This document shows positions 24,972 through 37,057 of a DNA stretch of 64,000 nt, in pieces (the first letter of the stretch is position 1; every line of letters starts with the position of its first letter). A program made the position numbers and the translations under genes. Origin of the DNA: Haliotis rufescens (taxonomy: Eukaryota); NCBI RefSeq assembly GCF_023055435.1, contig NW_025963802.1, positions 3,348,001 to 3,412,000 on the forward strand, in the 5' to 3' direction. The notes beneath the pieces were generated by a model, which was not told the origin of the DNA, made no database searches, and worked only from the letters and a program-made list of their open reading frames with translations.

Positions 24972-25008
24972 TTAGCCAATAGGACGGGTGTGACCCGCGG
25001 ACTGTCTC

Positions 25009-25077
25009 TCAGCCTGGTTCCATGGGTATGCGGCGCTGGCGCTACACTGTAGCTACAATTCCCAGAGAACCAGGCTG
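25009..25077. mobile_element. 69-bp mini TIR element with 8-bp TSD (hAT-like)
   Basis: cagcctggttc / gaaccaggctg flanked by actgtctc on both sides. Confidence 0.65.
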
Positions 25078-25455
25078 ACTGTCTCAATGTTCGGAACGCC
25101 TAGATTTCATTTGTGTCTGTAGCCTTCATCAATGATCATCTGCGCCAATGTCCACCAACAGCCTGTGAGCATTACGTGGGTCGTTTGGTAGCCCAGTGGT
25201 TACAATGTTTGCTAGTCACGCCAAAGACCCGTGTTCTGTTCCTAGCACTGGAACAGCTGTGCACAATGGTATGTGACCTGCTGTCATACTGCTTACTAAG
25301 ACGCCGTGTGCAACACACATCACTTGGACTACGTAGGCTGTCCCTCCCCTATTAAATAGATAGTGTGAGTGAGTGGGGTTCTCCTAGCACGAATTGTCTT
25401 GTCATTTAAATCGTAAGGAAACGGAAAGGTTGTACTTGCTACCATACTAACTGAT

Positions 25456-26071
25456 CACTTTCCCAACTAACGCCGGAAGATGGACGCCTGTGTCGTGTCT
25501 CTAAGGCAATAATTATTAGTTGTACCTAAAAGAGACTGGAGTCTTTTAGGCCTTTTAGGAGGATACATTGTTACACATCCATTATCTTTCAGTACAGCCT
25601 TGGAGCAAGGATAGGCGGATGTGTAGTAATTCTATCCTCCTAAAAGGCAAATCAAGAAGGACTCCAGTCTCTTTTAGGTACAACTAATAATTATTGCCTT
25701 AGAGACCTGTGCAAGTCTACTAATCGACTGCTACAAGCCGTTACTATAAATCGTGCTTGTGAAGTTTGTAATGCTCACGGTGCGATTTATAGTAACGCTT
25801 GTAGCAGTCGATTAGTAGACTTGCACAGGTCTCTTAGACAATAGTTAACAGTTAAATCGTAATTTCTAGATGATATAAATAATAAGAACAAGTTGTACGT
25901 AAAGGAGACTGGAGTCCTTCTTGACTTGCCTATTAGGAGGATAGAATTACTACCTATCCGGTATCTTTCAGTACAGACTTGGTGCAAGGCTAGGCGATTA
26001 GCTGCACCTCCAGATTTGCTTCAGTATCACACGACACAGGCGTCCATCTTCCGGCGTTAGTTGGGAAAGTG
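25456..26071. repeat. Nested inverted-repeat complex built from family F ends
   Basis: Outer 43-bp IR 25456-25498 / 26029-26071. Inner palindromes at 25499-25704 and about 25700-25835. Confidence 0.85.
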
Positions 26072-26547
26072 TATTTAACATTATCTTAAACGTTACCAAT
26101 ACAATCGTCATCTCGTGCGGCGGAACGTGTTCGTATCACTCCACTGATATTCTCGGTAACAGATACTTGAATACGATACACGGGGTGAACTACGAAATCC
26201 CGACGAGATAAGTCTATGCGCACCTCGCACATCCAGGTGTAGCTTGAGGAAGCCTACTTCAGATACCATCACTCATCACAACAAGGTCTGATTGCCGCAC
26301 TCTCGACTCTACTCCGTGTCTGATAATACAATTCACTTGCCGGTTACGGCATGTTGAGAGAATGGTGAAGACGACACTTGGGAATCTCTCCAAGATTCCA
26401 AATCCACGAATGCCATTGTTGTTACTAATGTAGATGTTCTTACGTATGTATATGCAAGTCCTTGGGCGTTTTATCTTTGATGTATGCTACGTGTTTAGAG
26501 AAATATAAGGGGATCGGAAATATGATGCACTCGAAGACTTGCAACTG

Positions 26548-27717
26548 CAATCTCATTAAAATCAGAACTTAGTTCTCGCTACCGCTAAACAAGGATCTGA
26601 GGACATCCCATTACGGGTCACGTCAGAACGACCTCTCATCCGATCCATCTTACCGAGGTAAGGGGGTTAACTGTCTGTAAAAATCCATGGCCAGTTTCCA
26701 GGTAAGCGGGTTAAATGACTGTAAAAGTCCAGTTTCCAGGTAAGGGGGTGAAATGACTGTAAAAGTCCTGTTTCTAGGTAAGGGGGTTAACTGACTGTAA
26801 AAGTCCTGTTTCCAGGTAAGGGGGTTAACTGACTGTAAAAGTCCAGTTTCCAGGTAAGGGGGTGAAATGACTGAAAAAGTCCAGTTTCCAGGTAAGGGGG
26901 TTAACTGACTGTAAAAATCCATGGCCAGTTTCCAGGTAAGGGGGTGAAATGACTGTAAAAGTCCAGTTTCCAGGTAAGGGGGTTAACTGACTGTAAAAGT
27001 CCAGTTTCCAGGTAAGGGGGTGAAATGACTGTAAAAGTCCAGTTTCCAGGTAAGGGGGTTAACTGACTGTAAAAAATCCATGGCCAGTTTCCAGGTAAGG
27101 GGGTGAAATGACTGTAAAAGTCCAGTTTCCAGGTAAGGGGGTGAAATGACTGTAAATGTTTCCACTGGACTTTTAAAGTCAGTTAACTCCCTTACCTCGG
27201 GAAGATGCATCCGACCAAGCAAAGCGTCGCTTATCAGAACAGTAAAGTGACAGGCGGAATGCATTTTCTAATCATGTAACCTCGAAAAGGGTAACACGAG
27301 GTAATCCGACCGACAGTTACGGGCTGCACGACTGATTCCGTCAAAATCACCGTCCATCTCTTGCTTTAACGGGATAAATATTTGAACGGAAGAGACGTTC
27401 CATAGCCTGTGGGAAGTACTGCCATTCAATCTCAACCATCAATTAGATATTCAAGAATGTTTGTTTTGTTTTGTTCAGTTATCAAATTTTGAATCGAGAA
27501 CTTCAAAGCGTAGTCTGGAATGGAAGTTGCCAGTTTGAAATTAGGGCCGTATAGCTCGAGAAAGCTGCACTCTGATTGGCTAATGTCGACTTCTTCTTTA
27601 TCATTTCATTGGTCGGTCAAAGTTCGCGAAAGGTCGTTTTAACGTGACTCGTCATGGGATGTCCTCAGATCTTTGTCTAGCGGTAGCGAGAACTAAGAAC
27701 TGATTTTAATGAGATTG
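26548..27717. mobile_element. TIR element (~85-bp TIRs starting caatctcattaaaatcag) hosting a family E insertion
   Basis: caatctcattaaaatcag..ttagttctcgctaccgcta..aaggatctgaggacatccca mirrored at 27632-27717. The same terminus occurs near 57636-57652. No clear TSD. Confidence 0.8.
26646..27207. mobile_element. Family E-related TIR element whose interior is a 38-bp tandem array
   Basis: Ends catcttaccgaggtaag / cttacctcgggaagatg. TSD catccgatc/catccgacc. Unit ccagtttccaggtaagggggtgaaatgactgtaaaagt. Confidence 0.85.
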
Positions 27718-27909
27718 GGGCATTACACCTGTATCCTTACAATTCCCCTGTCCGTTTCTTATAATGTACCATATTCTCAAGATATAAATGGGTAAGGCAA
27801 CGTAAGTGGGTCATGTAGTACAATTCAAAAACACAATTATTTGACGAGCGTGTCTGTTTTAATACACTATTAATCAAAATCTTAACATACTCATTAAAAT
27901 ACCCCTGAT

Positions 27910-28175
27910 ATGGGGTCGCGTTAGGAGCCGCAATGCGTGGTGCAGAGTTGCGTCCCTTCGGCACGCCAGAAACCTTTGATTGTGTGTTTGTGTTCCGGTG
28001 CGCCCTAACTATGTTTCTAGGTTTGTCAGCACCATACCCGTGCTCGTGGGTTTCAACAAAGTGGCAAACGTCTGAGAGCTACATCACTACGGGCATTCTT
28101 CCCACATAACGCTGACACACCGTGATACAACTGGAAAACATTTCTATGTGGCGTTAAACCCAACTCACTCACTCA
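27910..28175 (+). mobile_element. SINE family D (diverged)
   Basis: gtgcagagttgcgtcccttcggcacgccagaaacc...gtggcgttaaacccaactcactc. Confidence 0.8.
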
Positions 28176-28345
28176 TCCCCCTTATAATGACGAATTCAAA
28201 GTGACGCAAGTCGTTTATCTTTACCATTTTGAAAAGAAACACACAAGTAGTTGACAAACCAACGTCATAATCAGGGGAGTGTGGGATTTAAACCAGGACA
28301 GGTGCGTCTTTGTACGGCCAAGGAACACAAATGCACAGTAAAAAG

Positions 28346-28542
28346 GACCGCTTCCCTGGTCTATAGCGGTAGAGCGTCCATCCGGAGGGCGGGAGGTCTG
28401 GGGTTCGATCCCCGGCCACTTCATACCAAAAAGACGTTAAAAGATGGTACTTGTTGTCACCCTGCCTGGCGCACACACACAATGCAAGTGAACATAAGTG
28501 CAATAATCTCAGACTCATCGTTAAACCAATTACACCTCACCC
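28346..28542 (+). mobile_element. SINE family B with large internal deletion
   Basis: Head through ccctgcctggcgc joined directly to the (ca)n/3' tail. Confidence 0.8.
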
Positions 28543-28617
28543 CACAATAAATTGTGGCACATACATCTGTGTCCTTCGCCTATACTGTTGACCCCTCACG
28601 ACCATCCTATACTTGTG

Positions 28618-29155
28618 CATCTTCCCGAGGCAAGAGAGTTAACTGACTATAAAAGTCCAGTTTCCACCCTTGCCGAACTAGGCTGGTAGTTAGATTTTGG
28701 CTGGACTAACGAGTCTATGCATAGTCCAATCAAAACCGCGCAACGAAATCGAAATCCGGTTCGTAAACTGTCATGCAGAGTTCGGTCGATTGCAGGATTT
28801 GCAACGCATGTGCATCGACAACTCGTTGTTAACCGATATTTTCCAAATTATTTCAAGTTTTTAATCAAGGTGCTCACGTGATTTGATGTACTTCGCGAAG
28901 TAAGACCCGTTTTATCACAATACAGATATTGATTGTCGATCAGTTCGTCTTGACTGGGCGCCGCCATTTTGCTTGAAGCAAATGCAAGTGATACGAGAGG
29001 TGGAATCTGATTGGTCCATAGGCGAGGCATAGAAGGGACAGAACTCCTAACAGCCACTGGCGGCGCTACGATGGAGCCCAGGAATACCAGCCTAGTTCGG
29101 CAAGGCTGGAAACTGGACTTTTAAAGTCAGTTAACTCTCTTGCCTCGGGAAGATG
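28618..29155 (-). mobile_element. MITE family E, 538 bp, opposite orientation to the 23784 copy
   Basis: Same TIRs. Perfect 9-bp TSD atacttgtg. Interior is the reverse complement of 23850-24260. Confidence 0.92.
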
Positions 29156-29544
29156 ATACTTGTGACAATAAAACGCGTTTGATAATAGCTGGTACTTAAA
29201 TACATTGGGGCCTTGTTTTGGAATATTGCTGACTTCGTCCTAATTTAAAAATCCACTCCCTAACTTCCCTACACACACAATCAGGACCCAGGTGTTTGTC
29301 TGATAACACGGCCACCTGTCTATATCTATATATATGTATATCTCTGTCACAGAGAAACCCAAGTTCTGTTTACAAATGAATCCTATCTCAGAATTGACGC
29401 CAACATGTACTCTCTGACCAGTTTACTGCTGACTGGACAAATATTATGACATAGCAACCCCAACCCATCCTCCCGATTCTTGACGGTTTTTGTTTAAAAA
29501 ATAAATATTTTGGAACACACCTTCCAACGTGGGACACTCCTTCT

Positions 29545-29981
29545 TTGTTTTGTTTGATTGTTTTTTGTTTGTTTTTTGTTTAACGCTGCACTTAGCAATA
29601 TCCTAGTTTTATGACCGCGGTCTGTAAATAATCGTGTCTGGACCAGACAATCCAGTGTTTGAAATCATGAGCATCGATCTACGCATTTGGGATGAGATGA
29701 CATGCATCTCCCAAGTCAGCAAGAATGACCACCCGATCCCGTTAGTCGCCTCTTACGACAAGTATAGTCCGCGGTTTGTAAATAATCGTGTCTTGACCAG
29801 ACAATCCAGTGAATGACATCATGAGCATCGATCTACGCATTTGGGATGAGATGACATGCATCAACCAAGTCAGCAACAATGACCACCCGAGCCCGTTAGT
29901 CGCCTCTTACGACAAGCATAGTCGCCTTTTATGGCAAGGGTGGGTTTCTGAAGACCCTTCTACCCTGGATCTTCACGGGTC
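29545..29981 (-). mobile_element. Short retroposon family C with an internal ~150-bp tandem duplication
   Basis: gtaaataatcgtgtct...acgacaag appears twice. TSD ctccttct. Confidence 0.85.
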
Positions 29982-30152
29982 TCCTTCTGACTCGGGTTCT
30001 CAGGGCACATGGAAGTGGAGTTATTGTGCTGCGTAGCTTATAGTTCAATCAGACCACGATTAACCAAACACAAACTATGTCCATGAGATTAAAAGGGACA
30101 CTCCCAGCGCCGTTACTGTTGGGCGTGTGTTTGATAGTGATTCCTAAACAAA

Positions 30153-30209
30153 ATCTCCCGGAGGCAAGGAGTGGAAACTGTTACAGTCAGTTATCTTGCC
30201 TCGGGATGC
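30153..30209. mobile_element. Family E TIR-only remnant
   Basis: atctcccggaggcaag...cagtcagttatcttgcctcgggatg. Confidence 0.55.
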
Positions 30210-30298
30210 CTACACATCATTTCTTTACATTATGGAAATGGTTTGTGTCGCTGTTATGTATTTTCATTGTCACATATTTGTATCTGATTTAAGACAGG

Positions 30299-30415
30299 TA
30301 CAGTAAACTACAGTTATAACGAACTCAAAGGGACTGCTAATTTTAGTTCGTTATAACCGTAGTTCGTTATATGTACATATACAGCATGACTACAGCAAGT
30401 AGTCGGGACCAAAAA
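30299..30415. mobile_element. Tc1/mariner-pogo (Tigger-like) MITE end
   Basis: TA followed by cagtaaactacagttataacgaac...gttcgttataaccgtagttcgttata. Confidence 0.45.
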
Positions 30416-30437
30416 GTACGTTTACATTTTTGGGTGT

Positions 30438-30590
30438 AGCCCACGAGCACGGGTATGGTGCTGACAAACCTAGAAACATAATTCGGGCGAACCAGGATAC
30501 GAACCCACAATCTCAGGTTTCCTGAGACCCAAGGGACGCAACTCTGTACAGCGATTTGCGGCGCCTCAAACGACTAGGCCACCCGTGCGC
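30438..30590 (-). mobile_element. SINE family D, 5' half
   Basis: cccacgagcacgggtatggtgctgacaaacctagaaacataat...agggacgcaactctg. Confidence 0.8.
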
Positions 30591-31114
30591 TCTGCGGATT
30601 AAAAGTATAATTAAAACAAACACACATGTCAATCAATTGCATTTTCAAATTGTCTGATACGTTAAATAAAGACGCTTTTTTAAGCTGGGTCAGCTATATA
30701 CCAGTGACAGAGCCTCGCAAGTTACTATTGTTGTTATTGTGTTAAATTGGTTCAGCTGTGCTTAAGTATTATTCCATGAGATGTAGCTGAAGGATGGTCC
30801 TAGTTGGAATAGGGCGAAATGGAAGCTTGTCTGAGGCGACTTTCTGTGTGGTCAGACTCGGTGATAGCGTGCCGTCGTACCCCGACGGCGTGGGACGGTG
30901 CTCATTACATCAATCACCTGTTTGTCTGGTCAAGACACAATCATTTAAAAGGCATCTTGATATAGCTGGAACACTGCTGAATGCGGCGTTAAACTACAAT
31001 CAAGAAAGTAAGCTTGTGATTTTGTTATTGCTAAAACTGCGTAAACTCCGATTCAGAATTTTTATTTCAAGCGTATCCTGCATCGTATCATCTTTCATCG
31101 TGCATCAACACGCA

Positions 31115-31209
31115 GTTACATTGTAACATGTAGGATTCGCTACACACCGTTACATTGTAACATGTAGGATTCGCTACTCACCCTTAACTTGTAACATTGA
31201 GGATTCGCT
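31115..31209. repeat. 34-bp tandem repeat (about 3 copies)
   Basis: gttacattgtaacatgtaggattcgctacacacc. Confidence 0.8.
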
Positions 31210-31869
31210 GCGCCACTAATGCTCTCGTCTACAGCCAACAACTGGACCCTGCTCGTCGTCTTATCAACAGATCTTGCGGCAACTAGATCTTCAGATCTCC
31301 TGCACTGTTGATAACTTTATATCAGCTGGGTTAATTGGTCGGTCTTGCTACAGTTAATGAGGCTATCTTGATGTGGATAATGAGGCTTTCTGGGTGTAGT
31401 TGATGAAGGTATGTGAATGAGGACTTGAAAAACACTGAGTTATTAGTGTGGCGTAGATTTGAGCAAGGTAGGGTAATGAGGAAAGCTAGTCAAATTGAAC
31501 CACCAAATATACAGACGGTCCACGGTATCTCGAACCGTAGTGACCGTGGTGTAACTTCGATACATCCAGATATTCGAGATAGCGAGATAAGGACAGCCAG
31601 AGCGATCAAGTAACAATATAATAGATCCATATCAATAAGATTGCACACACGAGGAATTAAGAACACACCCTTAAAAGAAATGCTCATTTGCGCTTCCCAA
31701 AACTGATAAGGCGGCAATGCATGAATTCAAAGTTGAGACCAAGGTGCCAGATAGGACCACGTATTGTTATCTCGAATTCGAGTTAAGCGGTAAAATGTAT
31801 ATGCATTTATATAGTGAGGGGGTCTGGACCGGGAGGAGGGTGTACCGCCAACTGGGCGTCGACAGATAG

Positions 31870-32165
31870 TTTGCAAATCCTTTCATGTTTTTAATCAAGG
31901 CTCACATGATTTGATGCACTTCGCCGGGTAAGACCCTTTTTTATTACAATATAGAAATTGATTAACGATCAGATCATTTTGACTGGGCGCCGCCATTTCG
32001 TTTGAAGCAAATGCAAGTGATATGAGAGATGGAATCTGATTGGTCAATGGGAGGGAGGCAGAAGGGGCATAACTCGTAATAGCCCCTTCTGGCGCTACCA
32101 TATCGAGCTGGAAATTCCAGCCTTGTTCGGCAAGGGTGGAAACTGGACTTTTACAGTCAATTAAC
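31870..32165 (-). mobile_element. MITE family E, partial
   Basis: Matches 28845-29135 (gactgggcgccgccatt...ggaatctgattggtc...gaaactggactttta). Confidence 0.8.
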
Positions 32166-32426
32166 GAATCGAATCGATTTGTTTTAGGGATTTTGTCTGA
32201 TTTTGCCAGCAACACAAACTGACCTACCTTTCAGACGAATCGTGGAGGTTAGTAAACATGGCGGTTATTGTGTTTCCTCATCACACTGAATACCCGGGCT
32301 CGACCCCCCTCATATGAAAATAGATACGATCCTTATGTCTAAATTGATCTGAAACGTTTTCATATGATACATGAAAAACGAGCTCCACACAGATTGTGGA
32401 ATATGTGTGACCTTTACAACATGAAT

Positions 32427-32957
32427 AGCAGGCCAATATGTGCCCTTGTTAAACTAGGTATTTTACCCATAACAACTGGTGTATGTATGATGTGTGTAGC
32501 AGGCCAATATATGCCCTAGTTAAACTAGGTATTTTACCTATAACAACTGGTATATGTATGATGTGTGTAGCAGGCCAATATATGCCCTAGTTAAACTAGG
32601 TATTTTACCTATAACAACTGGTGTATGTATGATGTGTGTAGCAGGCCAATATATGCCCTAGTTAAACTAGGTATTTTACCTATAACAACTGGTGTATGTA
32701 TGATGTGTGAAGCAGGCCAAGATATGCCCTAGTTAAACTAGGTATTTTACCCATAACAACTGGTGTATGTATGATGTGTGTAGCAGGCCAATATATGCCC
32801 CAGTTAAACTAGGTATTTTACCCATAACAACTGGTGTATGTATGATGTGTGAAGCAGGCCAATATATGCCCTAGTTAAACTAGGTATTTTACCCATAACA
32901 ACTGGTGTATGTATGATGTGTGAAGCAGGCCAATATATGCCCTAGTTAAACTAGGTA
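32427..32957. repeat. 71-bp tandem repeat (about 7.5 copies)
   Basis: agcaggccaatatatgccctagttaaactaggtattttacccataacaactggtgtatgtatgatgtgtgt. Confidence 0.95.
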
Positions 32958-33294
32958 ACTGTTTGATTTACTGTGCCTTAACCAGTATCTTAGAATAGAA
33001 GATTGTACAGACAACGAAGTGAGAGTTGTGACACTTCTTGGTGGCATTACGCATCTTGTAGAGGAGATGACACTAGACACATGAGCTCATTTCTTATGCA
33101 CAGTCAGCAGAGAAATAAGCTCATGGTAGCTGACGTCTATTCTCTATCTGTAACCTGACTATATGCATATCTGTTATCATGCATGTACATACTGATTAAT
33201 TACTCTCCGATACTAATGGTGGAAATAAAAATTATTCATTCATACACACATACACGCAGGGATGCTCGCACGCACGCACGAACGCGCGCACACA

Positions 33295-33477
33295 NNNNNN
33301 NNNNNNNNNNNNNNNNNNNNNNNNNNNNNNNNNNNNNNNNNNNNNNNNNNNNNNNNNNNNNNNNNNNNNNNNNNNNNNNNNNNNNNNNNNNNNNNNNNNN
33401 NNNNNNNNNNNNNNNNNNNNNNNNNNNNNNNNNNNNNNNNNNNNNNNNNNNNNNNNNNNNNNNNNNNNNNNNNNNNN
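33295..33477. other. Assembly gap (N run) preceded by a CA/CG microsatellite
   Basis: Run of n after cacgcacg...cacac. Confidence 1.
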
Positions 33478-35491
33478 TTGAATTGTACCTCTATAGTCAC
33501 CGCTAGCGACCTGGGTGTAAATAAAGTTCCGTTTATTCAGGTAAACAACGGGAAAGTTCCTGACTGCGGTCAGGGGGTCCTGTAAACAGCGGTTATTTAG
33601 GTCCGTATTGCGGCGTTAGACAATACTCACTCCCATGTGTCGTACAGTTTTTCATAAAGCCACTTCAAGTAAAGGTTACGTCTTCTCAGCGATCGTGTTT
33701 ATATATATAGATAAGGTCAATGTTTACTTGGATGATATGAACATTCCACTGACACGTAGTCATCGTTCCATCTTTATGTCTATCTCCGTCTAGATCGTAA
33801 CCAGGCCCCCATAATGGCTGTTTTATATGCTGGTAATTAGCATGTGATTCGAGGGGTGTAAAGTAATCACGGAGAGAGCGGATATATCGCACCTACTTCT
33901 ACTCACTTGTAATGTGTGTTTGAGATGATGTGATAGACGGCTCGGGGAACACAGTCAGACATACCGCTAATAAATGACAAGTACCAACAGTGAGGACGTA
34001 TCCGTCAGCATAGATCTACCAGCCAATGTTTTGATGGGTGGGCGAGTGATGGAGTGAGTGAGTGGTTGGTAGGGTGGTTGGGTTTGAGTGAGTGAGTGAG
34101 TTGTGTGGGTATTCCGGGTTAGAATATGTCCCCAGTAAGAGATGTCAGGTTTATGGCTTGTCATCGTGCCCCGATAGCAAGGGACGTTACTCTAATATCA
34201 ATCACTGGTTTGTCTGGTCCATTTTCGGTAAATGACAGGTCGCCGTTATATAGTTCGATGGTGTGGCAAGACATAACATTTAAATAAACCTTCTTAGTAA
34301 TACAATAGGAATTCAATATAGTCTTTCTTAAGATATTGTGAGATTTTCCTCAAAGTTGATGTCCAATTTATTTTTCAAAAATCGAATAAAGGCTGTCAAG
34401 GAAAAAATAAAAAAAAAATAAAAAAAATAACGTCAATAACACCTCAGTTACAAGTGGTTCGTCCAGTGGTTTGGTGTTTCTTACCCAATGAATGACCCTG
34501 CTACATACACTTCCGGGTCATAAATTAGTTCCCAGGATCCTGTAATCAGCTCAGACTATGATAAGCTACCTTTCGTTTAAATGTCAACCACACGGAAACA
34601 CGTAATTTTGAAACTTTATTGATATAATAAAAACAAATAATACATGAAGCTCTTTGAAATAGAAAAGGAAGTTGGAGTATTTGGTAATTAATTACAACAT
34701 TAATATCCAAACATGCCAGAAATAGACACAAGACATTATACCCGAAAGAAAACAAAGGTATGACGTCAGCATTAACCACGGATGACGAGAGTCTAATTTC
34801 GGATCCTCCACAAAAACAGTCCACCACACCGGCGTAATCCATCCCGAGGTGCAGCATGGGAAACAACTTAGCGTCTAAATGTCGGTGTTTTTCTGCCCAA
34901 AGAGCTGGGCACTTGTCGATTGACTATTTATTGTGTTATGCTAAATAAATAGTTCTTTTTGAGATCCTTCCGCCTGAGAAATGGGAGTGAACAGAATGGT
35001 GAGTAGAGCCACACAGCGCAGGGGAGAAACTACAGCCGAGAACTGAAGATCTGAAACAAGAAATGTGTACTTTGAGTTACGATACAGGTTGATCTATGGC
35101 ATCGACAAATTCCAATTCCAGGAATCAGGAAGTAATAAGAATTGACATCAATATTTGGTTCATTTATGCGAAATTGTTTGGTTAGACATACAAAGGTCAC
35201 GTCATTACTGGCAATTTAAGAATTGTTTTCAATATGTGTGTGTTAACGTGAAAACCGGGCAGGGGATTTGCGTGTGCACACCACGTTTAAGAATACCTCC
35301 ATAAACGCAAGGACATATTGAAGCTAAATCGTATGACAACTTAAGTCATGAATAATACATTCACAATTATCATATGTCATAAATTCATAATTAATCATCA
35401 AGACACACACGCGCGCGCACGCACACACACACACTGTCGTTTAAAAAAACCTATAAACGAAGGAAGCAAAATATGATGCAACACATCGTAA

Positions 35492-35930
35492 ACATGCTAT
35501 CGTGAACTACTATTGGTTGTCCTAGTGGACACAGTAGTCAAGTATCCCGGGGACCTATTCTAACCAGGAATACTCACGGGACATGCTATCGTAAACTACT
35601 ATTGGTTGTCCTGGTGGACACAGCTGTCAAGTATCCCGGGGACCTATTCTTACCAAGAATACCCATGGGGCATGTTATCGTAAACTACTATTGGTTGTCC
35701 TAGTGGACACAGAAGTCATTAGGACAAGCTGCTGGGCCCCTTGTCACACAACGCGATCGTAGCGCTACGAGAGTCGTAAGTCGATGTTAAAGTATGGGAG
35801 TTACGATCACCTCAGCGCGACAATCGCTCAATAGACCGGTGTCCTGAGGTACCTATTCTAACCCGGAATGTCCAGGGGACACGCCATCTAACACTACTAT
35901 TGGCTATCCTAGTGGGAACATAAGTCATTT
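35492..35930. repeat. 89-bp tandem repeat, third unit interrupted by a GGGCCC-ended MITE (35734-35844)
   Basis: Units start at 35492, 35581 and 35670. The pattern resumes at about 35850. Confidence 0.75.
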
Positions 35931-35933
35931 AAT

Positions 35934-36046
35934 GGGGCGGTGGGGTAACCTAGCGGTTAAAGCGTTCACTTGAGCTCGATTCCCGACAGGGTTACAATGT
36001 GTAAAGCCCATTTCTGGTGTCCCCCGCCGTGATGTTGCTGGAATAT
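35934..36046 (+). mobile_element. SINE family A (deleted)
   Basis: ggggcggtggggtaacctagcggttaaagcgttc...cccccgccgtgatgttgctggaata. Confidence 0.8.
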
Positions 36047-36218
36047 ATTAGCTTTGTTAGTCAATTTGCAATTGTGGTCACCTGCAATAAATTTGTTCTG
36101 AAATATTGTTAAGACAGTTTTCAACGATGTGAAGAACGAAATTCAGAGCAGGTGTCTATCTCAAACTGTGGCAAGATCCACTTTAGCTTCACACCAATGG
36201 GTGGTCGATAATATAGGC

Positions 36219-36507
36219 GAAGGCCGGGGGTTCGATCCCCAGCCGCATCATACAAAAGGTGGTTAAACGATGGTACTTTTTGTTACCCAGCCTGGCGCTC
36301 GTCATTAAGGAGCTAAAATAAAGACTGGTCGGCTCGGAGTCAATATACTGTCTCTCAGAGGGGTATTCCTGTTGAACTGCGGCATGGTATCTCAGTGCGC
36401 TAGCACTATAAAACTGGCACCAGTATAAACAAACACGTGTGTCGCTGTATAAGTGCAACAATCTTAATAGCTGAACGCGACGTAAACCCAATTTCACCTC
36501 ACCTCAC
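36219..36507 (+). mobile_element. SINE family B, 5'-truncated
   Basis: gggttcgatcccc...gatggtact...ggctcggagtca...cacctcacc. Confidence 0.8.
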
Positions 36508-36781
36508 CAAACCTGATAATATAAGTAGTAATTAAGTAGCATAAGGAACTACTTGTTTCTAATCAGTGTATTTGAAGGTGGAATCTTTCACCGACGATCT
36601 CAACGATGTTTCTTTACAAATTCTGTATCTTAATGTAATGTGCTTGACGAGAACACGAGGACATAACCGTGAGTGTTTAACGGAGAATGTTTATAAGAAA
36701 GCAGTTCCCGGTGAAAATGTCCAGATCGGAACAAGGCGGTGGGGAATGGCGCATGGGTGTGCATCCTTCCAATTCCAAACA

Positions 36782-37057
36782 GGGGACATGGGTGGCCCAG
36801 TTGTCTAAGGCGCCGCGATTCGCTGTGCAGAGTTGCGTCCCTTGGGCACGCCAGAAACCTATGATTGTGGGTTCGAATCCCGGTTCGCCCCGATTATGTG
36901 TCTAGGTTTGTCAGCACCATACCCGTGCTCGTGGGTTTCACCAAAGTGGTAAACGTCCGAGACCTGCATCACTTCGGGCTTTCCTCCCACATTAAGCTGA
37001 CACGCCGTGATATAACTGGAATACTGTTAAAAGCGGCGTTAAACACAACTCAACTCA
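36782..37057 (+). mobile_element. SINE family D (tRNA-Leu-like head, V-domain-like core), full length
   Basis: tggcccagttgtctaaggcgcc ... gtgggttcgaatccc, core cgtgggtttcacc...gggctttcctcccac. TSD caattccaaaca. Confidence 0.9.

Noticed and set aside
32427-32957. Regular arrays here and at 40075 and 59393 as CRISPR
   Set aside because: Units are contiguous with no unique spacers, there are no cas genes, and the context is eukaryotic
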